Assembly (NCBI GenBank): GCA_965219455.1
Contig: OZ244744.1
Span: 4,800,001-4,864,000, forward strand
Source of the DNA: Candidatus Latescibacterota bacterium
GTDB taxonomy: Bacteria; Latescibacterota; UBA2968; GCA-2709665
Reading direction: 5' to 3'
DNA: 64,000 bases
A model generated the notes under the pieces. It made no database searches and was not told the DNA's origin. It saw only the letters and a program-made list of their open reading frames with translations. The position numbers were made by a program, and so were the translations under genes. Position 1 is the first letter of the stretch. The number at the start of each line of letters is the position of its first letter. Shown piece by piece: positions 9,788 to 19,800 of the stretch.

Positions 9788-12586
9788 CTAATTCGACAAT
9801 TCGATTTGGATCTGATCGGCGATGCCAAGGTCATCCAGAATCTGCCGCAATTCGGTTACTGCGTTCTCAGCGGACCATGAGTCGATGCGCACCGAAAGCT
9901 CAATACGCGAACTAAAGTCCTCTCCGTCGCGCAGTTTTGGGATTAATCTGGTTCCCAGGCGGTTCCAGACTTCGGGGGGAAAGGTGCCAGATAGCCTAAG
10001 GGTTGTTTTCTCGGGGCGTGGACTCGGTTCGGGGCCGGGTACTGGTTCAGGCTCAGGAGTGGGCTCAGGCTCTGGTTGTGGTCCGGGGCCGGGTGGGGGA
10101 AGTGGAGGTCCTTCAGAAGTTTGCTTTAGTCCTTCTGCTTTGGCTTTGGTCAGAAGAAACACATTTGGTTCGAATGCTACTTCCTCGAGTTCGATGGGCT
10201 CCGCGTGCCACAGGCGATCGTATTGACCGTCATCCGTGGGTCCGGAGGCCAGGCCGAAGTCTCCTTTTTTCACGAAATCAACGATCCTACGACGAAGTAT
10301 TGTCTCCGGATCGTCTAATCGAGTCAGCGATCCATCCAGGAAGCTTTGCCGGAGGCTGGTCAGGGGCCACGCCCCGGATTCCGTAAACGCAGGTGGCCAG
10401 TGTCGTTCGATATAACCGGCGCCTACAGACTCGTTCAGGAGTGCCTCCGACTTCAGTGCGCCGACAATTCGCCCGCACAGGGTCTGGCCAGTACTAGCGT
10501 GACCGGCGCCAAGATCTATGATCTTGAGACCCTGTGGTTCACGCGTGTCCGCCAGTGCCACGAAGCGATAGCTCGCCCATACTTCGTCTTTGGCTGCCTC
10601 TTGAGCATCTTTTACCTGTGCGTGAACGCCAGTATAATCCGAACGGTCGAATTCGACGCCGAGTACACCTTCTCTTATTTCGCGTTCAACCCGCTGCCAT
10701 GCGAGCCACAGTTCCACCTTTTGGCGAAGCTCTCGCCCGCGTCTTCGGACGCACCAGACCAGCGAGCCAGGGTAGAGCCTCGGCGAATTGCCCCGTTTCG
10801 TGGTCCAGTCTCGGATGTGCTTTACCACCGCGTCTCCGTCCGGATTTCCACCAGACGAATCTTCCAATTCGGATCCTGGGTCTGCGATTATAAGGGCGAG
10901 GCGAGGCGTATCATGTATATCGGCGCTCTCGTCAGGAAAGCCGACAATCGGGAGACTTGCGCCCGATTTGAACTCATCCGAGATGAGCTTGCGAATTGCC
11001 GGATTGATCTCCTTGTCTTCGTCAAGCGATGCCAACCGGTCGCTAACAACCTTTTTCAATGTCGCCTGGTGATGGATACGATAGCCGTCCGTACCCACCT
11101 TGCGGATGAAGAACCCGGATTTTTCCAGATCCGTCGCGGCAATGTCGATGGTTGCGGTGTCGACTTCGGGCTCTCCCAGAGCAAAGCGCAGCTCCGGAAG
11201 ATGAGCCACCTTATCCACCTGCCCGCCGGATGACTCGAACAGGATAGTTGTGCCCACGCGTCGGTGTATGTCTCGCAGTGCACCCTTTGCGTCCGTATCC
11301 AGTGATCTCGCATGTGACATTGGTCCGGCAAGGTCCGCATCAATTGCCACGTCGAGCCGGGACTCACCCAACTGGCCAAGGACCACGGCCCGAAATTCGG
11401 GCACGTGCAGCGGCGCCGAACCCAGCGTAATCAGGGGCTCTCGACGGGCTCTATTAAACTGTTCGCGTGCGGCCCACGAAACCCACTGCGCCAACATAGC
11501 AAGCGCCCCCCGCGTCTGTTGAAACTGTGGCAGTGCACGCCACTTTCGCTGAAACACTGAAAGGGTAGCGGGATGAAATGGATAGCATGCTTCGAATCGA
11601 CCCCGCAAAAACTCCCTGGCCTTCGCCTCGGTGGTTGCCGTATCTACGGCCAGCCATTCGGAAGGTAAGCGAGCTGTCCGTTCAAAACACCAGTCGGCAT
11701 AGGTTTTGGAAACTTTCGCACGGACACGATCCTTCCCAATGTCTTCGAACAGCCGGCGGCGCACGACCTCGCTGATTTCGGATTCGTCATTGGCGATCAG
11801 GTCGCGGGCGACTCTTCGGACCACCTTTGTGATTCGGTCCTGCCACTGCTGATCCCAATCGGTCATTTCTACCTGGCTGCGCGGCAGACTGATGACCGCA
11901 GCGGCGCGGGTGGTTCCAGTAATTGCGACGGTCAGATTCTGCAAAAATGCGTGGAAACTCTCGGCCATCTTTCGATGTCGGTTGACGAAGTTGAGTACCT
12001 CGTCGAAGAGCAGGAGTACCGGTGCGTCCGCAGCCGCGAATACCTTGCCAAGCGCCTCGGTCCCTGGGGGCGTAGTGCGGGCAGCGGCACCGAGCGCGGC
12101 AACCCCTTTGTCGCCTGCCAACTGTCTCGCCAGATCAATCCATGGCGTCTCCCGGCCTTCCGCTGGATCCCAGGCGTTACCCACGAACACGCCCACCCTG
12201 GCTGAAGGAACTTCCGGTGTCCCGGCCTCGTTCAGGAGACCCGCAACGCCGGGGAATTCGGAGGCCTGTGCTCCCACCTTGGTGATGTGGTATAATGAGG
12301 TTAGCGTATGGGTCTTGCCGCCACCGAATTGGGTGACGAGCGTGAGGACAGGTGCCGTGTTTTCCGTCATCCCGGAAAGGCGCCGAAGCACCATACCTGC
12401 ATGCTCATTCAATGCTCGCGTAAAACATGTGCGCGAGAAAAACTGCGCCGGATCGCTATAGTCTTCCGGCGCGGTTCCCTTGACGACCTGTTCGAGAGCA
12501 ATGGCGAACTCGTCCGGACTGAACGAGCGGCCTTCCCGTACTTCCTTGCGAAGCGTAGTTACTTTGTACCAGGGATCGAGAGCCAT
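9788..12586 (-). CDS. DUF499 ATPase (BrxC/PglY-related)
   Basis: FSPDEFAIAL, TQFGGGKTH Walker A, LLLFDEV Walker B, YPFHP and FQQTRGAL motifs, with a Pro-rich linker before a small C-terminal domain. Confidence 0.92.
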   Translation of the reverse strand: MALDPWYKVTTLRKEVREGRSFSPDEFAIALEQVVKGTAPEDYSDPAQFFSRTCFTRALNEHAGMVLRRLSGMTENTAPVLTLVTQFGGGKTHTLTSLYHITKVGAQASEFPGVAGLLNEAGTPEVPSARVGVFVGNAWDPAEGRETPWIDLARQLAGDKGVAALGAAARTTPPGTEALGKVFAAADAPVLLLFDEVLNFVNRHRKMAESFHAFLQNLTVAITGTTRAAAVISLPRSQVEMTDWDQQWQDRITKVVRRVARDLIANDESEISEVVRRRLFEDIGKDRVRAKVSKTYADWCFERTARLPSEWLAVDTATTEAKAREFLRGRFEACYPFHPATLSVFQRKWRALPQFQQTRGALAMLAQWVSWAAREQFNRARREPLITLGSAPLHVPEFRAVVLGQLGESRLDVAIDADLAGPMSHARSLDTDAKGALRDIHRRVGTTILFESSGGQVDKVAHLPELRFALGEPEVDTATIDIAATDLEKSGFFIRKVGTDGYRIHHQATLKKVVSDRLASLDEDKEINPAIRKLISDEFKSGASLPIVGFPDESADIHDTPRLALIIADPGSELEDSSGGNPDGDAVVKHIRDWTTKRGNSPRLYPGSLVWCVRRRGRELRQKVELWLAWQRVEREIREGVLGVEFDRSDYTGVHAQVKDAQEAAKDEVWASYRFVALADTREPQGLKIIDLGAGHASTGQTLCGRIVGALKSEALLNESVGAGYIERHWPPAFTESGAWPLTSLRQSFLDGSLTRLDDPETILRRRIVDFVKKGDFGLASGPTDDGQYDRLWHAEPIELEEVAFEPNVFLLTKAKAEGLKQTSEGPPLPPPGPGPQPEPEPTPEPEPVPGPEPSPRPEKTTLRLSGTFPPEVWNRLGTRLIPKLRDGEDFSSRIELSVRIDSWSAENAVTELRQILDDLGIADQIQIELSN

Positions 12587-12794
12587 TTTACGGAACCTAT
12601 CTATTTTGGAATTCGCTATGAGCTAAGTGGAATCATTTCAGCCGAGGTACTCAAACACTGGGGGCTAAATCATCGCGGAGCCACAAAGCGACGAAATGTC
12701 TCGATTAATTCATCCCGATCAGTTCAGGCCTTTTTTGCGGCTTATTGTGTTGCGACGTTTTAATTCGGTAACCAGGATCGCTAGGCGCTTTGGG

Positions 12795-13760
12795 TTAAGG
12801 CTTTCGCATACGATTGAACAATTCAAGCGACGACTGCTTCAGGCGCGCCAGATGCGCATATGCAACTGGCGCGAAATTGTCGCTTGAATTGTACATACGG
12901 TATCGCACGCCATCGGTTACAACTACATCACACGAGACCCCAAGATCGGACACATAACAGGTAGCCTGCCTGAGTGCGCCTTCGACTCCCGCGCCAAGGC
13001 GTTTGGCTTCTATCAAAAATTGGCAATGCCCTGGCGTCCTGGGCAGTTTGGTGAATACATATACGTCTATATTTCGCCATTTTACGGCGATTCTTTCGAC
13101 CGGCCAACCCAAGGCGCGCAGAAAAGGAACGACGTAGTGTGCGACCAATTCGTCCTCAGTGGGACGATCCCCGAAGGCTTTCACATCCACATAAAGTCTG
13201 GATAGATCATGGATTTGGGAAACGACTTCCCGCAACTCGTCGGGCACCGAAGCGAGGCCGGCTTCCTCCTTCGGCAGGTTCGGCAAATTGCCAGTCTGCC
13301 AGGCTGTTGGTGGAGACTGAATAAACCGATTTGCATAAGCGACAACCTCTGTAACCTGGACACGGGACAGACGGGACGGACTCGCACCGAACACGGGTGT
13401 CGCAAATTCGTACGGTTCCGGGAGCTCCGCCCACCTGACACGTCGTGCGTGTTGGAGGTCCCAGCCATTAACGTCGTCGAACTGTGGCAGGTATACGTAA
13501 TCACCTGCGACTCGGCCGACCGCTCGTATTGTCTTCAATCCCGATCGAAGCAGCAACACGTCGCCATTTCGCAGCTCGGACGCGAACCGGCGGATAAACC
13601 CACCACCGAAATCCTCATCTAATCGAGAACAGCTCCAACTCCCAGCGTCCCCAGGGCCTATCAACGCGACGCCAAATTCCAAAAACAGATCGCCGTAGGT
13701 GCGGTTGGCAGGACCGGCGGATACTTGCCAGATTGCGAAGCCGCTGTCTGCGAACGCCAT
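12795..13760 (-). CDS. PUA/EVE-like N-terminal domain fused to a HsdR_N-like PD-(D/E)xK endonuclease
   Basis: N-terminus IWQVSAG…FASELRNGDVLLLR…IRAVGRVAGDY…HARRVRW. C-terminus EDELVAHYVVPFLRALGW…IDVYVF…IEAKR…QA…VTDGVRY. Confidence 0.7.
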   Translation of the reverse strand: MAFADSGFAIWQVSAGPANRTYGDLFLEFGVALIGPGDAGSWSCSRLDEDFGGGFIRRFASELRNGDVLLLRSGLKTIRAVGRVAGDYVYLPQFDDVNGWDLQHARRVRWAELPEPYEFATPVFGASPSRLSRVQVTEVVAYANRFIQSPPTAWQTGNLPNLPKEEAGLASVPDELREVVSQIHDLSRLYVDVKAFGDRPTEDELVAHYVVPFLRALGWPVERIAVKWRNIDVYVFTKLPRTPGHCQFLIEAKRLGAGVEGALRQATCYVSDLGVSCDVVVTDGVRYRMYNSSDNFAPVAYAHLARLKQSSLELFNRMRKP

Positions 13761-13764
13761 GCCA

Positions 13765-16704
13765 TCACCTCGGAACCGCTAAAAGCATGGCGTCCAACAG
13801 GCGTTTTTCGTTACAACCTCTAGGATAGAGGGCGGACAATGCATTTGCAAGTCGAAGGAAGTCAGGGCCGCGCTCCTGCTCGGCGCCGATCAGTTCCCTC
13901 AGCGCGTTGGCGTGGCCGCTCGACTGAAACAGCATGGCGGCGTGAACTCGGTCAAGGGTAGTGTCGCCAGGCGTCCGATCAGAGTGGTCGTCGGATAGCA
14001 CACCGTATCTCGGCCGAGACTCCCGAACTAGAGGTGGCGCGTGCTCGTCCAAATCCGGAAAGAGCTTCTGTTGAACATCGGTATGGGGATCACGTTCGAT
14101 ACGATCAGCCACCCCGGCAGCGCCGTCCGCGCCAAATAGTTTCCTTGCACGCTCAGTCACAGGCAGCAGGCGTACGACGCCCTTTTCTTGGCCGACAATC
14201 CGATCTGTCCAGGAATCGAGATTAATGCCCATGGGCTGAGCAAAGCGCCGCACAACGTCAAACGGCAGGCTAAATCCCTTTGCAGCAACTGTGGCGGTGG
14301 CTTCCTGCGCTGCTTTTTCCGGTTTGCTGTTCTCTGTACGCGTGTCCGTGCTCTGAAGCGTCCAGAGGAAGAGCGCGGTCAAGCGCGCATCTTCTTCTAT
14401 CGCGCCAGCCTGAGCAGTGCCAAGAATCTGACGCAGCGCGGTGCGGCCGACTACTTCCCAGACCTTCTCGAGGTACTCAGGTAGTTCGACGGTATTACCC
14501 TCGGCGGTTTCGACGGCGCGGTAACGACTGAATATCTCCAACGCTGGTCCGATACAGGCAAACACCAGGTCCGCGCCACGAATACCCTCGCTCTGCAAGC
14601 GTTCAATCCATTCGCTGACGCGGTCCGGCAGTTCCCATAGCACATCGGCCCAGTCACCGACGGGCGCACTCTCGGACCGCGGGCGGCAGATCAGATGGAT
14701 GCTGGTGGCGAGGGATGCCGTGTCGCGTGCGTTGAGTCGGGACCCTCTCTCGGTTGCAATTGGCCAGGAGCCTGTAATTGTCCAACCTCCCCGAATCATT
14801 CCGGAAAGTAGCGCCTCCCAGCCCTCGGTGGTTTTGTGAGCGAATACGACGGAGCCAACACCATCCTCGTGTAGGACACGGCGGCCCTCGGTGAAGGCAT
14901 CTACCATTCTCGATTCATAGAATCGGTGATTTTTTGCGCTGCCGTTGACGAGGCGAGCTGGATCCTGAATTGCTTCTCCGTCCTTGGGCGAAAGCGGATT
15001 GGTTGGATCGAAAATATCCCGCAGCAATGGGTGTTTGGGCAGTGCGCGTTTGAGCCAAACGAGAAAGAAGTCTGAGAGGTCTGCATAGGCGATAGCGTCG
15101 TAGTAAGGCGGATCGGTAAACCAGACGCTCGCTGCTTGGTCGGGTAGCGGATGGTCAGTGGAATCGGCCTGATGGGCTTGGCCTAAGGCCGAACCCGGCC
15201 AGTTCTCGATTACTTTGGCGATCCACTCAATAGCAGCGCCAAAATTCGCCGCATAGTCACCGGTTGGTACGATTTCGCAATAGTCCCATACAATCGGCAA
15301 CGCTTGACGTCCAAACGTGCTGGCTATTGCTTCGATAGTTTCGAGCCAACGGACCAGACTGGAGAGTTGGTCAGCCGACCTACCGACAGCGAGGGCCAGC
15401 AGTGGTGTCGTGGTGACGGAGTTGCCGGCGAGATTACTTCCCAACTGCATCAACGCCACCTTCTGCCGTGCCGTGAAGAGATCGCCCCACGTATTCATTC
15501 CATAGAGCAATACCCGGAAGCCTGAACTACCCCTTTGCCGTTCAATTGGCAACGGCTCATCCGGCACCGGGCAAAGACCCTGTTTCCCGTGCCGCGCCCA
15601 CTCGCCGAGGATGTCTGCCAGCCGGGCTTGCGCCCGACGCACCGCCTCGTAGTCCGCATCCGTCGGCAGCCGATAGTGCCGTCCGGACTGCCCTGGCTTG
15701 AGCGTCACAACCGTGGTCATCCGCGCCCCGCCCGTCCGCTCCCCGTCCGCGTCGAAAATTACATCCGCGCCGCCCCGCTCGTCCGAAAGCTGCGCCCGCA
15801 CCCGCTCCGGCGGCAGCACCGTACCGCAGCACAGGCAAGTCGCCCGCGCCCGGGTCACCGTGCCGCCGCGCACCTCTCTATCCGCCTGCGGCTCGAATAC
15901 CTCGAACTCGACGCTCGGCTGCTTTCCCTCACAACGCTCGACCCGATGCCGCAATGCACGTTTGCGCTTGGCCTTCTTGCACAGCCAGAACGAACGCATC
16001 AGTGGAATCTTCGCGCCGCAGTTGGGCGCTTCGCAGCGCACCGTGCGCACCCACAAATAGGCGATAGGCGTCGCCCCGTCCGGGTCCTTGGGATACAGAT
16101 CTGCCAACTCTAGCTTCGCCTGCCGTTTAATCTCGCCCCCGACGCGGCGCAACTCCTCGGCCAGCCCCGGCCCGTGGCGCGGAATGTCCACCAGCATCAC
16201 TTTGAGAATCAGGCACGCCACCGGATTTAGATCGCTTGCGAAGGTATTGCAGCCCAGCCGCAGCGCCTCCAACGGAATCGAGCCCCCGCCGGCAAACGGA
16301 TCCACTACGAGCGGCGGATCTTCGCCATGCGCCGCTTTGACAAGCGCCCGGCTAACGTCCAAGTGGCTGCGTTTTGCGGCATTGTCCCAGTTGGCGAAGT
16401 TAGCAATAAACTTTAACAAACCCCGCTTCAGCCCCGAATCTGTCTCTCCTCGCCCGCAGCCGACGGAAGGTAGCAGTTTGCGCGCCGTTTCCTTAAACGC
16501 CTCTGGACAGTGTGCGTCGCACGGGTCTGGGAGCAGCAATGCCATAAGTACGGCCCGCGAAGAAGCCAACGGCCGCCGCGCCCACCACAGGTGTAATGTC
16601 GAGGGATGCCCATGCCGAATCGACTTCTCTCTAGCCGCGTGCCGTGACACTTCGGCAATGGGGAAGTCCACCTCGGCGAGACGTTTACATTCGCGTGGGA
16701 TCAA
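13765..16704 (-). CDS. DUF1156 DNA amino-methyltransferase
   Basis: GHPSTLHLWWARRPLA (DUF1156), SAM motif DPFAGGGSIPLEA, catalytic TDPPY and Cys pairs. Confidence 0.93.
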   Translation of the reverse strand: MIPRECKRLAEVDFPIAEVSRHAAREKSIRHGHPSTLHLWWARRPLASSRAVLMALLLPDPCDAHCPEAFKETARKLLPSVGCGRGETDSGLKRGLLKFIANFANWDNAAKRSHLDVSRALVKAAHGEDPPLVVDPFAGGGSIPLEALRLGCNTFASDLNPVACLILKVMLVDIPRHGPGLAEELRRVGGEIKRQAKLELADLYPKDPDGATPIAYLWVRTVRCEAPNCGAKIPLMRSFWLCKKAKRKRALRHRVERCEGKQPSVEFEVFEPQADREVRGGTVTRARATCLCCGTVLPPERVRAQLSDERGGADVIFDADGERTGGARMTTVVTLKPGQSGRHYRLPTDADYEAVRRAQARLADILGEWARHGKQGLCPVPDEPLPIERQRGSSGFRVLLYGMNTWGDLFTARQKVALMQLGSNLAGNSVTTTPLLALAVGRSADQLSSLVRWLETIEAIASTFGRQALPIVWDYCEIVPTGDYAANFGAAIEWIAKVIENWPGSALGQAHQADSTDHPLPDQAASVWFTDPPYYDAIAYADLSDFFLVWLKRALPKHPLLRDIFDPTNPLSPKDGEAIQDPARLVNGSAKNHRFYESRMVDAFTEGRRVLHEDGVGSVVFAHKTTEGWEALLSGMIRGGWTITGSWPIATERGSRLNARDTASLATSIHLICRPRSESAPVGDWADVLWELPDRVSEWIERLQSEGIRGADLVFACIGPALEIFSRYRAVETAEGNTVELPEYLEKVWEVVGRTALRQILGTAQAGAIEEDARLTALFLWTLQSTDTRTENSKPEKAAQEATATVAAKGFSLPFDVVRRFAQPMGINLDSWTDRIVGQEKGVVRLLPVTERARKLFGADGAAGVADRIERDPHTDVQQKLFPDLDEHAPPLVRESRPRYGVLSDDHSDRTPGDTTLDRVHAAMLFQSSGHANALRELIGAEQERGPDFLRLANALSALYPRGCNEKRLLDAMLLAVPR

Positions 16705-16859
16705 GGTTCGCGTTCCTCCGCACAGAGAAGGATGGTTTCGAAGAAATCTACCGCATCCCGATACACACGTAATGCGACTGACCGAGCGATACCGAGTTGT
16801 TGACTGTCGGCTTGTCGTTGCTCCGGGACGGACAGAGTATGGAGTGCGGCCAACTTAGC

Positions 16860-19800
16860 TCACTTCGCGTGCGATTCTTCATCCCTTGCCATAGCCTTAA
16901 GGCTACGACGGTACGTCGATCCCAGAGGGGAGTCGGCGGCCTCGGAAGTTGCAAGAAGAAGCTTCGCGACAAAGCGCCGATCATCGTCCGGTATCGCCAG
17001 AACTTCCTTAATAGGGGGCACAGTTTGTCGTGGTCTTGTAAGGCGAAACGACTCTACAGCTATTATTCGCTTCCATCCAGACCTCTGCCAAGCGGCGACG
17101 CGGGTCATAAGGAGACCCTTGAACCTAGATTGGTTTGTCCACTCGAAGAAACGCAGCCCTGCCATCCAAAAGTCATACGGTATTATGTGCTCGCTTCCAA
17201 CAAGCGCTTTGACGATTGTTACGACAGTTTGATCCAGTTCCTCGACTAACGATGGCTTGTCGTTCCAGTAATCGAATACCGGTTTACCAGGAAACGGGCC
17301 TCTGAATCGATCCTCCAGGCAGGATTCAAGCTTCCTCATCGCCTCCGGTTGGTTTTCCGTGGCGGAGTGGATGCCATAACCTATTATAGCATCTCTTGCC
17401 GCCTGTCCGGCTATAGTATCAAATAGCCCGTTCTTGTCTAATGCCGGGATCTGCCCTCTTTCCGGTGCCAACAGATCGAACGGCTCGCGAAGTCGGCCGG
17501 TGTTCTTTGACAAGTAGACGGCGGATTCGACGTACGAAATGAAGTGATCCGAAAATCTCAAAGCGTCAAGCCTATCGATATCTGCTTGTACAATCTTTGT
17601 GCGCAACTCCACTTCCATTAGCGGGATCGAATCTTTAACCAGCAGTTGGCCAAGTTTATCAGTGATTCCAGCTTCGATGCCGGCCGCGATTTCCGCCCTG
17701 GCCAACATGTACCAAGCAATATCAATGTGTGCAAGTGGATGTTCCCGGATTGCAGGCGAGGGGCCGGGATTGCTGCAGCAACCCGCCTCCATTCCAATTT
17801 CCGGCCGGGCGATCTTGACTTCGCTTCCCTCGATGCGGGATTGTGCCCAGAGTACGGTTTGGCGAATGACAAGGTGGCAGTACTTCGCGTGCAATGTCAC
17901 CTCTGGGTCGACGTGCGCCAAGGCTTTTAACGCGGCTGCCAGGCGCTTTAGCGCTTGGCCCACATTTCCGGCCTTGAGGGCGGCCACCGCCGAATCGGCA
18001 CCCAAGCCGATCGCGATGACGTACATGATATCGTCCTCGGCTAGTTTGGCAGCACTCTGTGCGTATAGGAACCAGATTTCTGCTGGCGACCATTCGTCGC
18101 ATTCTGCCGCGCTGATGGCCGCCTTGCGCAACAAGAAGGCACGCTCTGCCGGATCGGTCCCGTCAACCTGATCCACGATACAACGATAGATTTCAAAGGC
18201 GTTCCTGTCTTCACCATGGCGCCAGTGAATGTTGGCTAAGGCGCAACGAAGGATCTGATCGTCGCCCAGGGCCGCTGCCGCCTCTTTGAGTAACGCCACG
18301 GCACAGTCTCTGTCGTTCTGATACTCATCCAAGATTACTGCTTGGGCCACCGAACATTGGAGGGAGAGGGAGCGGATGCCCCAGTTCCTCGTCGTCTCCG
18401 CCATCCGCTGGTACCGCATCGTGGCGTCGGTCGCGTCGAAATCCTTACGACTCTGCTGGGTAGCCCAAGGCCCGTTTATGAACACGGAATAATCGTAAAG
18501 AGTTCCATCCATTTGTGTTAGCAACAGCGCTCGCTCGCTCGCATTGAGTTTGTCGAGTTCGTTGATGATATGCTCAAGTCGTTCTATTGAAGTGAGACCG
18601 GCACTTCCGGTTCTAAACAGCACCCCAAAGAAGTCTGAGCCAGTCGCGTCGGACATGGAAGAGGCAATAGTGTTTCGCAAAAACGCATTGGTCTTTTCCA
18701 TGGTCTTGCAACGGAGTAAAAGTGTGACCCAATTATCAAGATAGTTCGCAACACCGATTGTGCCGAGCACGGTGATGACGGCCATCGCTTCAAGGGCGCG
18801 CTTCCGCTTGCCCTGCGGCAAATCGCCAATCTCCTTAAAAAGGGCCGCCGCAATGTCGGAGACCTCGTTTCCTTCGCCGGCAGAAGCCGCGAGCTTGAAT
18901 TGCGCGAGCCGAAGAGAGCCGGAGACCAAAGGGTCGTCAGCGTAGATCAGCACGTCTGCTCGCGAGAAACGTAATAGTAATAGCTGTTCCGCAAGCATAT
19001 CGAGTGTGCGAGGGTCAGACGACAGCACACCCTGTGCAACCGCAAACAGGCTATGCGTTGATTTGCCTAACATCGCATGCGCCAAGATTGTGTCCGCATT
19101 GCTCGCATCGATCGTACGTTTTCTGAGCATCTGGGTCGCGAGGGTTTCATGAATACGTTGTTGGATATTGGTAGGCAACATATGACGCCCAATGGTAGTC
19201 GCAAGCGGTGAGACCCGGAACATATCTTGGCCGACGGCTTCGATCCACGGACCGATTAGCTGGTCCATGCATTCTCCGGTTTGCGCAAGTGTTGGTCGAA
19301 TCTCCCCCAGGGCCAACGCCATCGATCGATTGAAGCGTCCGATTGTAAGACTGAGTCGATACAGGAGGTTCCGTGTTCCCTCGGGAAGCCGCGAAACCAA
19401 ACCCCGTCGAACTTCGTCGCGAGTCTCGTCGATATCTTCGGATGACATACCACGATTAACGATGTCTCTAAATTCCCCAGCTGGCCATCCCCTGGCCGCC
19501 ATTCCAATTACGAAAGCGTGAGTTAATTGCGGATGGCCAGAAGCTCCGGCGATATAGGCGAGTTTACCCCATCTATTTGGATTACCTCCATTCTTAATGA
19601 CGAGCGAACAAACCTCCTTCTCGGAAAAGTATGGACATTCTACGACACAGCCTTGATTGAGGCCAATACGGCCCAACGTAGCCGAGGAAGGGCGCCGGTG
19701 GCATGTAATGATCACACCGAGATTGTGCCGCCGCGAAGCTTCAATAACACGCGCTAGCGACAACGTAACTTGCGTGTCGTCGACATGGTCTAGGTCGTCG

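Noticed and set aside
10015-10110. Short tandem-like repeats in DUF499
   Set aside because: They encode an ordinary Pro/Glu-rich linker (PEPEPTPEPEP).
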